A stretch of DNA of 64,000 nt from Octopus sinensis (Eukaryota), in the NCBI RefSeq assembly GCF_006345805.1, contig NC_043026.1, positions 12,131,579 through 12,195,578 on the forward strand. The letters are read 5' to 3'. Under the pieces are notes generated by a model, which did no database searches, had not been told where the DNA came from, and saw only the letters and a list, made by a program, of their open reading frames with translations. Position numbers and translations under genes: made by a program. Shown in pieces: positions 39,541 through 51,988 of this stretch; the stretch's first letter is position 1; every line of letters begins with the position of its first letter.

Positions 39541-39658
39541 ATGAGTATATTTATAATATAGAGATGCAAAAATCGAAATTTTACATTTCAAAAGGAAAAA
39601 AAATCTTTACTGTAATAATTGTACTTATGCAATATTTCTTTCCGTTTTAAAAATGTAT

Positions 39659-40069
39659 GCGCAGGAGTGGCTGTGTGGTAAGTAGCTTGCTTACCAACCA
39701 CATGGTTCCGGGTTCAGTCCCACTGCGTGGCACCTTGGGCAAGTGTCTTCTACTATAGCCTCGGGCTGACCAAAGCCTTGTGAGTGGATTTGGTAGATGG
39801 AAACTGAAAGAAGCCCGTCGTATATATGTATATATATATATGTATGTATGTGTGCGTGTATGTTTGTGTGTCTGTGTTTGTCCCATCCAAGGTCGCTTGA
39901 CAACCGATGCTGGTGTGTTTACGTCCCCGTCACGTAGCGGTTCGGCAAAAGAGACCGATAGAATAATAAGTACTAGGCTTACAAAGAATAAGTCCCGGGG
40001 TCGAGTTGCTCGATTAAAGGCGGTGCTCCAGCATGGCCGCAGTCAAATGACTGAAACAAGTAAAAGAGT
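39659..40069 (+). mobile_element. SINE family A
   Basis: Full-length match to family A. Confidence 0.9.
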
Positions 40070-40375
40070 ATATATATATATATATATATAAATACACACA
40101 CAAACACATATATGTGTAAGATCCTAGGATCTAAGTGGTTCGAAGTTTGTAAGCTTCAAAGCAGTTTACGGCAGGAAAAGAAAAGAAAGAGTGGATAACA
40201 TATGGTCAGGAACATTTATATTAATTCTATTGCCCGCGAATATATAATAGTTTTGATTGCGCAAACTTGGTAAAAGAGAAAAAAAAAATTCGAAATGAAA
40301 CTTCAAATAATTAAATTAGTGAAACATCTATTGACTTTTAAAAAAACTATTCTACAGATTCAGCTTTATATTAGA

Positions 40376-41077
40376 CTAGCAGTATCGCCCGGCGTTGCTC
40401 GGGTTTGTAAGGGAAATAACTATATAAGCGTTTTTAGAGGGTTATAGCCAAAAGATAGCAAAAAAATGCATTAAAAATGGAAAAAGAATGATAGTAAATT
40501 TTTTTTAAATCGTTGACTCATCGTAGACATTTTTAGAGAGTTACTTCCCTTATATAATAGCGAAAAAATGCATTAAAATGGAAAAAAATTATGGTAAATT
40601 TATTTTTAAAATCGTAGACTCATCGTAGACATTTTTAGAGAGTTACTTCCCTTATATAATAGCGAAAAAATGCATCAAAATGGAAAAAAATTATGGTAAA
40701 TTTTTTTTAAAATCGTAGACTCATCGTAGACATTTTTAGAGAGTTACTTCCCTTATATAATAGCGAAAAAATGCATTAAAATGGAAAAAAATTATGGTAA
40801 ATTTATTTTTAAAATCGTAGACTCATCGTAGACATTTTTAGAGAGTTACTTCCCTTATATAATAGCGAAAAAATGCATCAAAATGGAAAAAAATTATGGT
40901 AAATTTTTTTTAAAATCGTAAACTCATCGTAGACGCGCGCTAATACCCAGAAGGGCTCGATATGAATCACGACTATAAGATACCCGGTTTTGGTTAAACT
41001 GCACCGCAAAATGTGGGAGTAGTTAGGAATCTAAATCGTAGGAGACAGACACACAACTTCACTTTTATATATAAAGA
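40376..41077 (-). mobile_element. Non-autonomous Helitron with an internal 101/102-bp tandem array
   Basis: 5' TCTTTATATATAAAAG; same 3' hairpin and CTAG as 30996-31370; TCGTAGAC units at 40521, 40623, 40724, 40826 and 40927. Confidence 0.8.
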
Positions 41078-41457
41078 TTTCGGCAAAATTATGATGAAAG
41101 ATCGCCTAGATTCCTATACAATCATAGACGGTACTTTGGTGATTGTATAGAAATCTCAACAGGAGTCCGTATGACCCTTAGGGCTCCATATAAAATTCTG
41201 TGGTTCAAATTTACGAGCAATTGGTTATACTTCTACAATATACTAAACATCTTAACTTTTCAACACGATTCCAAATAATATTTAATTATAAAAACACTGC
41301 ATCCTTCAAAACTTCCATGCTTCCTGAGATTCGTCAACACAACACCTGAATCATACAATTTTGCATTGTATAAGATGATTTCACATATGTCTGAAAGCTT
41401 TTAGTATCTTCAGATATTACATCATCAATATTTATCTTCTTTCCAAGGTTAAATGGA

Positions 41458-42040
41458 CAGAGTTGCTGAAGCATGGAACAAACTGCCGGCATCAATTGTT
41501 AGTTGTCGGAGCACTGCATCCTTCAAAACTTCCATGCTTTCTGAGATTCGCCAACACTACACCTGATTTCCTCCACTCCATACACACACAAGCATGTATC
41601 TGACTCATACATTGTTCGCTTTCCAGACATTTGTACTTTAAAAAAAAGGAATCATTTGGATAACTATCAGAACCTTTTCAAACTCCACCTGTCTAACACC
41701 CGTGGACATATTTACAAAGTCAGAAAACAGCACAGCTCCCATGACTTTAGGAAACATTTTTTTCACGCTGAGAGTTGCTGAAGCATGGAACAAACTGCCA
41801 GCATCAGTTGTTAGTTGTCGGAGCACTGCATCCTTCAAAACTTCCATGCTTCCTGAGATTCGCCAACACTACACCTGATTTTCTCCTCTCCATACACACA
41901 CAAGCATGTACCTGACTCATACACTGTTCGCTTTCCAGACATTTCTACATTACTGTATATACTTTATATGCACTTTTTGACAAGTTGTGGTGCACCTGAG
42001 CACTGTATACAATAATTTCATTATTATTATTATTATTATT
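41458..42040 (+). mobile_element. Two CR1/L2 family 1 3' fragments
   Basis: RVAEAWNKLP motif twice; (ATT)n tail. Confidence 0.85.
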
Positions 42041-42472
42041 GGCAATCTTTCGTCTCTAGTAGACCTTTCCGTCGATTTCCGTAAAAAAATTTTATTTTTT
42101 TGCATATGGGCTTGCGGGAACTTTTGAAGTAATGAGAGCGAAAGAGACTAAGAGAAAGCGATTGTATGACGAGGGAAGTTCTTTTGAAGTTACCGTCCAG
42201 GGGAAGCATTGATGTACATGTGTGTGTGTGTGTGTGTGTGTTTGATGGGGTGTGGGAGACAGACAGTATGTTGTGTAAGTGAAGTGCTTCTGTTAGTGTG
42301 TGTGAAGAGACAGAGTAATGTGTGAAAGAAAGAGATAACTGAAATTTTTTACTCGGTGTATGTGTATATGTATGTATATTACTTCAAAAGTTCCCGCAAG
42401 CCCATATGTAAAAAAAAAATGTTTTTTTTACGGAAATCGACGGAAAGGTCTACTAGAGACGAAAGATCGCCC
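42041..42472. mobile_element. MITE with about 90-bp TIRs (Mutator-like, tentative)
   Basis: GGCAATCTTTCGTCTCTAGTAGACCTTTCCGTCG...GGAACTTTTGAAGTAAT and its reverse complement; TTATTATT on both flanks. Confidence 0.7.
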
Positions 42473-42899
42473 TTATTATTTTTAAGAGAATTTTGTAAAC
42501 ATAGAATATGGGAGGGTGGGGGTTCCATCCGAATAAAATAGGATTTTCAAGTGGTCCATAGGTAAAACAATGATCTAGAATAATAAATAGATCTGGATAA
42601 ATATTAATTCCACGCGATCGCTGCTGGACAATGGAGATAATATCGATCTCTGATCAACAGCATTAAATAGATTTTCCACTTAGCGATGTTTACCAACTTG
42701 TATTAAATAATATGTACGATTATATCTCTCACCTTTTTATTGGTACAGAATCTGATATTTACAGCGTAAATATGTTTCATTCGCGGGTTCGATTTCCACC
42801 TATATATTTATTTATTTATTCATTTCAGGAAGCATTTTGAGACGATCGCAAATGAAAGGAGGAAAATTTCTTTCATTCAAACAATCAACAAAGGAAGTA

Positions 42900-42975
42900 A
42901 ACAAGGCGGAAGTAAAAATGTGTCATGTGACTTTCGCTCTCTGGCAAATAGAACCCACAAAGCTTCACACTATGA
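42900..42975 (-). promoter_or_regulatory. Putative G4 promoter/first-exon module
   Basis: CGGAAGT (ETS-type) at 42907, GTCATGTGAC (E-box-like) at 42922, and CACAAAGCTTCACAC shared with 53440-53454. Confidence 0.45.
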
Positions 42976-43020
42976 AACGAGATAGGATGGAACTTAATTA
43001 ATACGCCTCTATGTGTTTAG

Positions 43021-44450
43021 AGCGCGGCGAGTTGGCAGAATCGTTAGCACGCCGGGCGAAAGGCGTAGCCGTATTTCGTCTGCCGCTGTTACGTTGTGGG
43101 TTCAAATTCCGCCGAGGTCGACTTTGCCTTTCATCCTTTCGGGGTCGGTAAATTAAGTACCAGTTACGCACTGGGGTCGATCTAATCGACTTAATCCCTT
43201 TGTCTGTCCTCTCTGTGTTTAGCCCCTTGTGGATAGTAAAGAAATAGATATTTCGTCTGCCGCTACGTTCTGAGTTCAAATTTCGCCGAGGTCGACTTTG
43301 CCTTTCATCCTTTCGGGGTCGATAAATTAAGTACCAGTTGCGCATTGGGGTCGATGTAATTGACTTAATCTGTTTATCTGTCCTTGTTTGTCCCTTCTGT
43401 GTCTAGCCCCTTGTGGGTAATAAAGAAATAGGTATTTCGTCTGCCGCTACGTTCTGAGTTCAAATTTCGCCGAGGTCGACTTTGCCTTTCATCCTTTCAG
43501 GGTCGATAAATTAAGTACCAGTTACGCACTGGGGTCGATGCAATCGACTTAATCCCTTTGTTTGTCCCCTCTGTGTTTAGCCCCTTGTGGGTAATAAAGA
43601 AATAGATATTTCGTCTGCAGCTGCGTTCTGAGTTCAAATTTCGCCGAGGTCGACTTTGCCTTTCATCCTTTCGGGTCGATTAAATAAAGGACCAGTTACG
43701 CACTGGGGTCGATATAATCGACTTAATCCGTTTGTCTGTCCTTGTTTGTCCCCTCTGTGTTTAGCCCCTTGTGGGTAGTAAAGAAATAGGTATTTCGTCT
43801 GCCGAGGTCGACTCTGCCTTTCATCATTTCGGGGTCGATAAATAAAGTACTAGTTTATGTACTGTGGTCGATATAATCGACTTAATCCCTTTGTTTGTCC
43901 CCTCTGTGTTTAGCCCCTTGTGGGTAGTAAAGAAATAGGTATTTCGTCTGCTGCTACGTTCTGAGTTCAAATTTCGCCGAGGTCGACTTTGCCTTTCATC
44001 CTTTCGGGGTCGATAAATTAAGTACCAGTTACGCACTGGGATCGATGTAATTGACTTAATACCTATGTCTGTCCTTGTTTGTCCCCTCTATGTTTAGCCC
44101 CTTGTGGGTAATAAAGAAATAGGTATTTCGTCTGCCGTTACGTTCTGAGTTCAAATTTCGCCGAGGTCGACTTTGCCTTTCATCCTTTCGGGGTCGATAA
44201 ATTAAGTACCAGTTACGCACTGGGGTCGATGTAATCGACTTAATCCGTTTGTCAGTCCTTGTTAGTCCTCTCTGTGTTTAGCCCCTTGTGGGTAGTAAAG
44301 AAATAGGTATTTCGTCTGCCGAGGTCGACTCTGCCTTTCATCCTTTCGGGGTCGATTAAATAAGTACCAGTTACGCACTGGGGTCGATGCAATCGACTTA
44401 ATCCGTTTGTCCCCTCTATGTTTAGCCCCTTGTGGACAATAAAGAAATAT
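43021..44450 (+). repeat. SINE B head plus a multimer of about 8 units
   Basis: Units of about 150-185 bp starting TATTTCGTCTGC. Confidence 0.9.
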
Positions 44451-44696
44451 ATACGCCTATATATGTGTGTGTTTTGTGTTTTGAAATTACATATTTCATT
44501 TCGTATTCTGTATTGTCTTTGTGCTTCATATAAATGTTTGTATCAAGCCTGTTTTTATCTCTCTCTCTTTATATATATTTTAGAAATGAGGAAGGCCAGA
44601 TATGATTACCTTAGGTTTCTCGTCCATAAATGGTTTAGCTTTATAGCGTATCGTCAGATCCCAAAACCTGTTGACCCAAGGCTTCTTAAGTATATC

Positions 44697-45085
44697 ATCA
44701 TCATCATCATCGTTTAGCGTTCGCTCTCCATGCTAGCATGGGTTGGACGGTTCAACTGGGCTCTGGAAAGCCAGAAGCTGCACCAGGCTCCAGTCTGATC
44801 TGGCAGTGTTTCTACAGCTGGATGCCCTTCCTAATACCAACCACTCCGAGAGTGTAGTGGGTGCTTTTTATGTGCCACCAGCACAGGTGCCAGACGAGGC
44901 TGGCAACGGCCACAATCGGATGGTGCTTTTTATGTGCCACCTGCATAGGTGCCAGACGAGGCTGGCAAACGGCCACGGACAGATGGTGCTTTTTATGTGC
45001 CACCAGCACGGAGGCCAGTCAGGACGCCGCTGGCAACGGCCACGTTCGGATGGTTCTCTTATGTGCCACTGGCACTGGTATCACA
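44697..45085 (-). mobile_element. Family C retroelement
   Basis: (CAT)n tail on the plus strand; family C body. Confidence 0.75.
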
Positions 45086-45319
45086 GTTACAATTTCCATC
45101 ATTAATATTTTTAAGAGGCCTTGGGTCAACAGGTTTTGGGATCTGACGATATGCCATAAAGCTAAACCCTTTATGGACGAAAAAACTAAGGTAATCCCAT
45201 AAACCGGCCTTCTCCATTTTTAATACTTACTGTTCTATATCTTAGAGTGCTTCTTTTGGATTTATGTTTTTTTACACACACACACACATATATATCCGTA
45301 AAAGAAGTCCATATATCTG

Positions 45320-46010
45320 GGATCTTTTCGGTTTGAACGGCAGTTTTTAACATAATTTCTAGGTAACTAAACACTTTTAAACTTCGTATACTGGTAGAAT
45401 GTGTTTATAAAACATCTTTTTCTCTTGGTTTTATTGAGAAAATTCTATAGTTTGTAAGATATCTTGGATCTTTTCGGTTTGAACGGCAGTTTTTTAAAAT
45501 AATTTCCACGTAACTAAACATTTTTAAACTTCGTATACTGGTAGAATGTGTTATAAAACATCTTTTTCTCTTGGTTTTATTGAGAAAATTCTATAGTTTG
45601 TAAGATATCTTGGATCTTTTCGGTTTGAACGGCAGTTTTTTAAAATAATTTCCACGTAACTAAACATTTTTAAACTTCGTATACTGGTAGAATGTGTTTA
45701 TAAAACATCTCTTTCTCTTGGCTTTATTGAGAAAATTCTATAGTTTGTAAGATATTTGTTGTTTTTTTTCTTCAATTTCTGCAATTTCAACCAATCACTG
45801 ACGTCTATTGAGGTAAAAAGCATTCTGTGCCGTATGAATATGTCCCTCGTTTAAGAAACAGATTGGGTTTATTTACATTTCTGAAGAAAAAAAGATACCC
45901 TAACCCTAAAACAGATTGAAATGCAATAGATCAATACTAGGGTCATAATTATGGGCGACAATTTCATATGACACCGCTAGAAAAAACTGCCATTCAAACC
46001 GAAAAGATCC
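45320..46010. mobile_element. MITE with 29-bp TIRs and an 8-bp TSD (Merlin-like, tentative); left end triplicated
   Basis: TSD TATATCTG at 45312-45319 and 46011-46018; TIR GGATCTTTTCGGTTTGAA.GGCAGTTTTT; 146-bp units at 45320, 45466 and 45612. Confidence 0.8.
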
Positions 46011-46461
46011 TATATCTGAAAATAAAGCATATTTTAAAACGTTACAGCAGTAACATATGTATAGAAGATTAATTGTTATGGCTGCTCAGAGGTGCAAAAC
46101 CAATGGTCACCTTGACCGGCTATAACAATCAACCTTCTCTCTCATACAGATATAGACAGATAGACAGACAGACAGAGGTGGGCACCTTTAAACAAAAAGT
46201 TAACTTTGTTAACCCACTAATTCTCTGAAGATGCAGCCATCCGGCAAACCAGACTCCAATCTGATCTGGCAGAGTTTCTACAGCTGGATGCCCTTCCCAA
46301 CGCCAACCACTCTGAAAGTGTAGTGAGTACTTTTACGTGCCACCGGCACGAGGGCCAGTCAGGCAGAATTGGCAACAGCCACGCTCAAATGGTGTTTTTT
46401 TATGTGACACCTGCACATATATATATATATATATATATAATATATATATATATATAATATA

Positions 46462-48530
46462 TATATGAATAATTGAAAGAATGGAGTCGAACGAAGATGT
46501 TAACAAAATTCCTTTACTCTCGACAGATGAAGACGGAACCATTGAACCCTAGGCAACCCAGATTCATCTTAAAGGACCACATGCAGAACTTTCATACTAA
46601 CCCAGTATTGCGGCTCATATGCCCTTCCAGTTCAGACATCGGTACTCTTAGTAAATACATATTAGGTAAGTATATCCCTATTACTCTCTCTTTACTCTTT
46701 TTCTTGTTTCAGTCATTTGACTGCGGCCATGCTGGAGCACCGCCTTTAGTCGAGCAAATCGACCCTGGGACTTATTCTTTGTAAGCCCAGTACTTATTCT
46801 ATCGGTCTCTTTTGCCGAACCGCTAAGTGATAGGGACGTAAACACACCAGCATCGGTTGTCAAGCAATGCTAGGGGGACAACATAGACACACACACTTAT
46901 ATATATATACATATATACGACAGGCTTCTTTCAGTTTCCGTCTACCAAATCCACTCACAAGGCATTGGTCGGCCCGGGGCTATAGCAGAAGACACTTGCC
47001 CAAGATGCCACGCAGTGGGACTGAACCCGGATTCATGTGGTTGGTTAGCAAGCTACTTACCACACAGCCACTCCTGCGCCTATATTAATTAATAAATTAA
47101 AACTTAGCTTATGGTCCAATTCTGTTCAAGTCGCAGATTAGTTTTCTTCTATTACCGATAAGGCCAACACTAAATTTATCCAATTCGATATATCTAGTTT
47201 CTATTCTTCAATCAACCCTATTATACTTAGTAAGGCCCTACGGCACGCACACAATAAGGCAGGCCTCTCCAGGGAGGAAATTAGTTTGATATTGACTACT
47301 AGGAAATCTTTCATCCAGTTCGATAGCAAGTTGTGGGTCCGCAGAGATACCCATAATGCGTTTGATGTACAAATGGGAAGTACAGACAGCGCCCAGATAG
47401 CTGATTTGGTCGGAATTTATATTCTTTATGAAATGGCAGACCAATTCCCGGTCTGTGGGGTTCTTTATCGTGACGATTGTCTGCTTTACCTCCAAAACGT
47501 TTCGAACCAAAAAATACAGAAGGTTAAGAACAGATTAGTTAGGTTTTTTAGTAGAATGGGCTTGCACATAGTTTTTGACGATGAATTAACTAAAGCCAAC
47601 TTCTTAGACATTACCCTCAATTTGCAGAATAACTCATACTTCCCTTATCATAAACCTTCCACAAATCTTAAGTATATTAGCATTTTCAGTAATCATGCCA
47701 GGCCAATTACCGATAATTTAGTTAAAAACATATCTCTGAGACTGTCCAAATTATCTGCTAATGTCGACATCTTTAACCAAAAGGCAGACTTCTATAACGC
47801 CGCCTTGTTAAGAGCCGGTTATAAGGAGAAAGTGTCATACATCAACTCAGCTCATTCTAAACCAACATCTGCTTCTCCAGATAGAAAAGTTACTTGTAAT
47901 AGGAATAATGATTTCAATTCTAATAGTGCCAGCAACCCTGTACGTAAAATAAATTCTTTACGGACTAGGGGAGGTAAGCGCCATGCAACCCCAAATTTCG
48001 TCCACCCCACTTCTATAGAGAAATTCTTTCCTAAGCCTTCGAACATTCTTTCAATCAACGTACCCTTCCCTCTCCACTTGTTCCCTAGCTATTATTCCTT
48101 TATCCCTTCTCTTCCTACTATCTATCTTTGATGTCAATTCTTCTAACGGTTTTTTTAAAAAAAAATACTCATTATCGCTTTGTTTACCATGTAGGCAATC
48201 ATCGAAATTTGTGTTTGTCTTGTTGTCGAGAGAGGCTCCCTTTCTTTCCTGATGAGAAGACTGCATAATGCACCTTTTATTCCTTTGGAATGAAAACATG
48301 CTGTCTTCGAAACATATGTTGAGAGTAAAGGAATTTTGTTAACATCTTCGTTCGACTCCATTCTTTCATTTATTCATATACAACACACAAATTTCTGCAC
48401 GTGAACCTGGAGTTTCTACCCTTGACAGGTTGCTTCAACCGTGTTTCTGATGTGAATTTGCTACCCAGGTTTCGGTTAAACGAATTTTCCATGCTGACGA
48501 TAAACATAGGATAATTCATTCACCTACTTA
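46462..48530 (+). mobile_element. Penelope-like element reverse transcriptase remnant, interrupted by SINE A
   Basis: FILKDHMQNFHTNPVLRLICP (46560-46650); FIQFDISSFYSSI upstream of and in frame with ORF 47286-48131; MGSTDSAQIADLVG, YRDDCL, FLDITL, YHKPS, SNH, AALLRAGY. Confidence 0.85.
46684..47080 (-). mobile_element. SINE family A inside the Penelope-like RT
   Basis: Full-length match to family A. Confidence 0.9.
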
Positions 48531-49439
48531 AATATATATATATATATGTGTGTGTGTTTGTGTGTCTGTGTTTGTCCCCCTAGCATTGCTTGACAACCGA
48601 TGCTGGTGTGTTTATGTCCCCGTTACTTAGCGGTTCGGCAAAAGAGACCGATAGAATAAGTACTGGGCTTACAAAAGAATAAGTCCCGGGGTCGAGTTGC
48701 TCGATTAAAGGCGGTGCTCCAGCATGGCCACAGTCAAATGACTGAAACAAGTAAAAGAGTAATATCAAAACAAGGACACATAGTGCAAATGCCCAAAAAT
48801 TTACGACATGATCCTCTTACTCATAAGCTTATAGAAAACATTTGCACAAGGTGCCACGCAGCAGGATTGAACCCCGAACCAGGTGGTTGTAAAGCGAAAA
48901 GGAAAACATGTTGAATCCCTCTCTCCCAAACTATCGATATCAATATGAATATTGATTCTTTGTTCCGTAGGGTAATATTAATGGCCCTTTAAAAAGAATT
49001 TCTAAACTATAGGCACAGGTATGGTTGTGGTAAGAAGCTTGCTTCCCAACCACATGGTTCTGGGTTCAGTCCCACTGCATGGCACCATTTACTACAGCCT
49101 AGGCGAACCAAAGCTTTGTGAGTGGATTTGGTAGACGAAAACTGAAAAAAAAACCATAGAATAAGTAACAGGCTGGGGTGGATTTCTTTGACTAAAACCC
49201 TTTAAGGCAGTGCTCCAGCATGGACACAATCAAATGACTGAAACAAGTAAAAGAACACCCAATAAGGTATCATGAATATCGTTATACCAATGAATAAAAG
49301 GAAAGAATTTATTGAAAATTTATAGGGTCAAAAAAGAAAATACAGGGTTGTATGTGCCATGCTTTTACTGTATGTATTACAACCCCATATCATATTCTGT
49401 ATGAACAGATGATATGATTTCTCTCCTCTATGAATGTAT

Positions 49440-50117
49440 GTCTGTTTGTTTATGTCAACACTTTTAAGAAAACAATTTACTAAAAATATCAGTGATATGG
49501 CTTTTCTCTGCATGAATATGTTGGGGAGAAATCAGGTGGAAATTTCAAGAGAATAGTTTACCACAGATTTCACAGTGATACAGTTTCTCTCCTGTATGAG
49601 TGTATTTGTCATTAGTTAAGTCACATTTTCTAGAGCAGTGCTTTTCAAACTTTTTGCTGGAGCGGAACCCCAAGGAAACATTCCACTGGCTCGAGGAACC
49701 CCTGTGCAATAATTTAATAGTCTTATGCACACATATCTGCACAGGAGAATTAAAAATTACTGCCGATTTTAGCAGTTTTGTAACTTCTTGCGGAACCCCT
49801 GGACTGTACTGGCGGAACCCTGGTTGAAAACCACTGAGTTAGACACTAGTTAGACCAGTGCTTTTCAATCTTTTTGCTGGAGCGGAACCCCAAGAAAACA
49901 TTCCACTGGCTCGAGGAACCCCTGTGCAATAATTTAATATTCTTATGCACACATATCTGCACAGGAGAATTAAAAATTACTGCCGATTTTAGCAGTTTTG
50001 TAACTTCTTGCGGAACCCCTGGACTGTACTGGCGGAACCCTAAGGTTCCGTGGAACCCTGGTTGAAAACCACTGTTCTAGAGAATCATTTACCACAGAGA
50101 GCACAGTGATATGGTTT
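49440..50117 (-). pseudogene. Decayed 3' fingers of G5
   Basis: After the G5 stop: KPYHCALCGK*FSR [insert] [27 protein letters not shown], then further broken fingers. Confidence 0.85.
49636..50074. mobile_element. Compound hAT (Charlie-like) MITE dimer with TSD TTCTAGAG
   Basis: TIR CAGTGCTTTTCAA/TTGAAAACCACTG; units 49636-49836 and 49856-50074; TSD at 49628-49635 and 50075-50082. Confidence 0.9.
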
Positions 50118-51200
50118 CTATTGTGTACGAATGCATTTGTGAGTGGTCAACCTGTAGCCACGTGAATATGATTTACCACAGATATGACAATGGTATAGTT
50201 TCTTTCCTGTATGAATGAGCTTGTGTTGACTGTAAGCGCTCCCGTCAGAAAATGATTTACCACAGACATCACAGTGATATGGCTTTTCTCCTGTATGAAC
50301 ACGGTGGTGAGTAATTAGGTGACCGTTCTGAGAGAAGGATTTACCACAGATATCACAAGGATACGGTTTCTCTCCTGTATGAGTGCGTTTGTGCCTATTT
50401 AAGTCACATTTTCCAGAGAATGATTTGTCGCAGACGTCACAGTGATAGGGTTTCTCTCCCGTATGAATACGTATGTGCTTGGTTAAGTGAATGCTTTGAG
50501 AAAAGGATTTATCACAAATGTCACAACGATATGGTTTTTCTTCTGAGTGAATGAGTTTGTGAGTAGTCATGTGTGCATTTTGGGAGAAACATTTACCACA
50601 GATGTCACAGTGATACGGTTTTTCTCCCGTATGAATAGACTTGTGTGTAGTTAAGCTCCACTTCTGGGAGAAAGATTTACCACAGACATCACATTGATAT
50701 GGTTTTTCTCCTGAATGTATAGACTTATGTGTAGCCAAGCTCCATTTCTGGGTGAATGATTTCCCACAGATATCACAGTGATATGGCTTTTCTCCTGTAT
50801 GAATAGACTTATGTTTAGTCAGGCTCCAGTTTTGACAGAACGATTTACCACAGACGTCGCAATTATATGGTTTCTCTTCCATATGAATGTGTTTGTGAGT
50901 AGCTAAGGAATTTGCACGGGAGAATAATTTACCACAAATGTTACAGCGATGTGCTTTGTCTTCTGTGTGAATGCGTTTGTGTCTAGTCAAAGAACCAGCC
51001 TCACGGAACGATTTACCACAGATATCACAGTGATACGGTTTCTCCCCTGTATGAATGCGTTTGTGAGTAGTCAGGGCGTATGTACAGGTGAACGATTTAC
51101 CACATAAATCACAGTAATGTGGCTTTATATTATCAGGAAAATCAACGATTTTAGAGTCCGTTTCACATTTAACAATGTTCTCACTAAACTCAATTTCCAT
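50118..51200 (-). CDS. C2H2 zinc-finger protein G5, 360 aa, 11 complete fingers plus 1 lacking the last His
   Basis: Finger array after MEIEFSENIVKCETDSKIVDFPDN. Confidence 0.92.
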   Translation of the reverse strand: MEIEFSENIVKCETDSKIVDFPDNIKPHYCDLCGKSFTCTYALTTHKRIHTGEKPYHCDICGKSFREAGSLTRHKRIHTEDKAHRCNICGKLFSRANSLATHKHIHMEEKPYNCDVCGKSFCQNWSLTKHKSIHTGEKPYHCDICGKSFTQKWSLATHKSIHSGEKPYQCDVCGKSFSQKWSLTTHKSIHTGEKPYHCDICGKCFSQNAHMTTHKLIHSEEKPYRCDICDKSFSQSIHLTKHIRIHTGEKPYHCDVCDKSFSGKCDLNRHKRTHTGEKPYPCDICGKSFSQNGHLITHHRVHTGEKPYHCDVCGKSFSDGSAYSQHKLIHTGKKLYHCHICGKSYSRGYRLTTHKCIRTQ

Positions 51201-51345
51201 AATTCTTCTTTCCTTTCTATCATATACACCCGTTGCTCTTTGTGTTTTTATATTTTATTCCTAATAAATATTACTTCTGCTATATTTCCATCAAATATTA
51301 TGATATCTGAAGATGCTGCAAATTTCTTTGTAAATTCTTCCAAGT

Positions 51346-51366
51346 TTAATAACCATGTAGAATCAT
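51346..51366 (-). promoter_or_regulatory. uORF MILHGY* in the G5 leader
   Basis: ATG ATT CTA CAT GGT TAT TAA. Confidence 0.55.
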
Positions 51367-51594
51367 CTTACATAGTGGGAAAGTGAAAGTAGAATGCAAG
51401 AACAGTGGGCAAAGAATCAAAGCAGTGAAGTAAACAAAAGTTGGTGTGACATAACAGTTCCAGAGAAATATTTATCTGTAGTTTAGCTTTGCTTTATATA
51501 AACAGTATTGTATCTGTTCTGTGTAATATTTCCTTTTAGACTTGAAAAGACGACATCTATTGATGATGTATATTGAAATAGATGTTTCTTCGTT

Positions 51595-51635
51595 GTTTCT
51601 GATATTCTGAAATAATAGAGAAACAAGAATGTAAG
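51595..51635 (-). promoter_or_regulatory. Putative splice acceptor of the G5 leader exon (AG at 51608-51607)
   Basis: TTCTTGTTTCTCTATTATTTCAG|AATATCAG. Confidence 0.6.
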
Positions 51636-51988
51636 ATATAAGAAATATTTACAATGCAGAGACACGTCAGTCAAAATTGTGCAACATTTCTACAAAAATT
51701 TTAGAAAATCGGAACTGATTGTTACCAGTGTTAAAAATGAAAATGTTGTTTTAGTAAAGATGGTCAATTCAAACCTTTTGATACTGTTAGTAAAACATCT
51801 TATAGTAATTCTACTGTCCACTAATATATAAAAGCTGTCGATTCGGTTTCCATCTACTCCAAACAGTTAAATCTATTTTTCATAATCGTAATTATCTAAT
51901 GTTTACAAGAAAAAGAATTTCGAAAAAAACGGTGAAGGAAGGTTATAGAAAATGAAAAACTATGGAATAGCGAAAAGAAAAAAAAGTA

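Noticed and set aside
45898-45911. Telomeric CCCTAA motif
   Set aside because: Only two copies inside a MITE; not an interstitial telomere.
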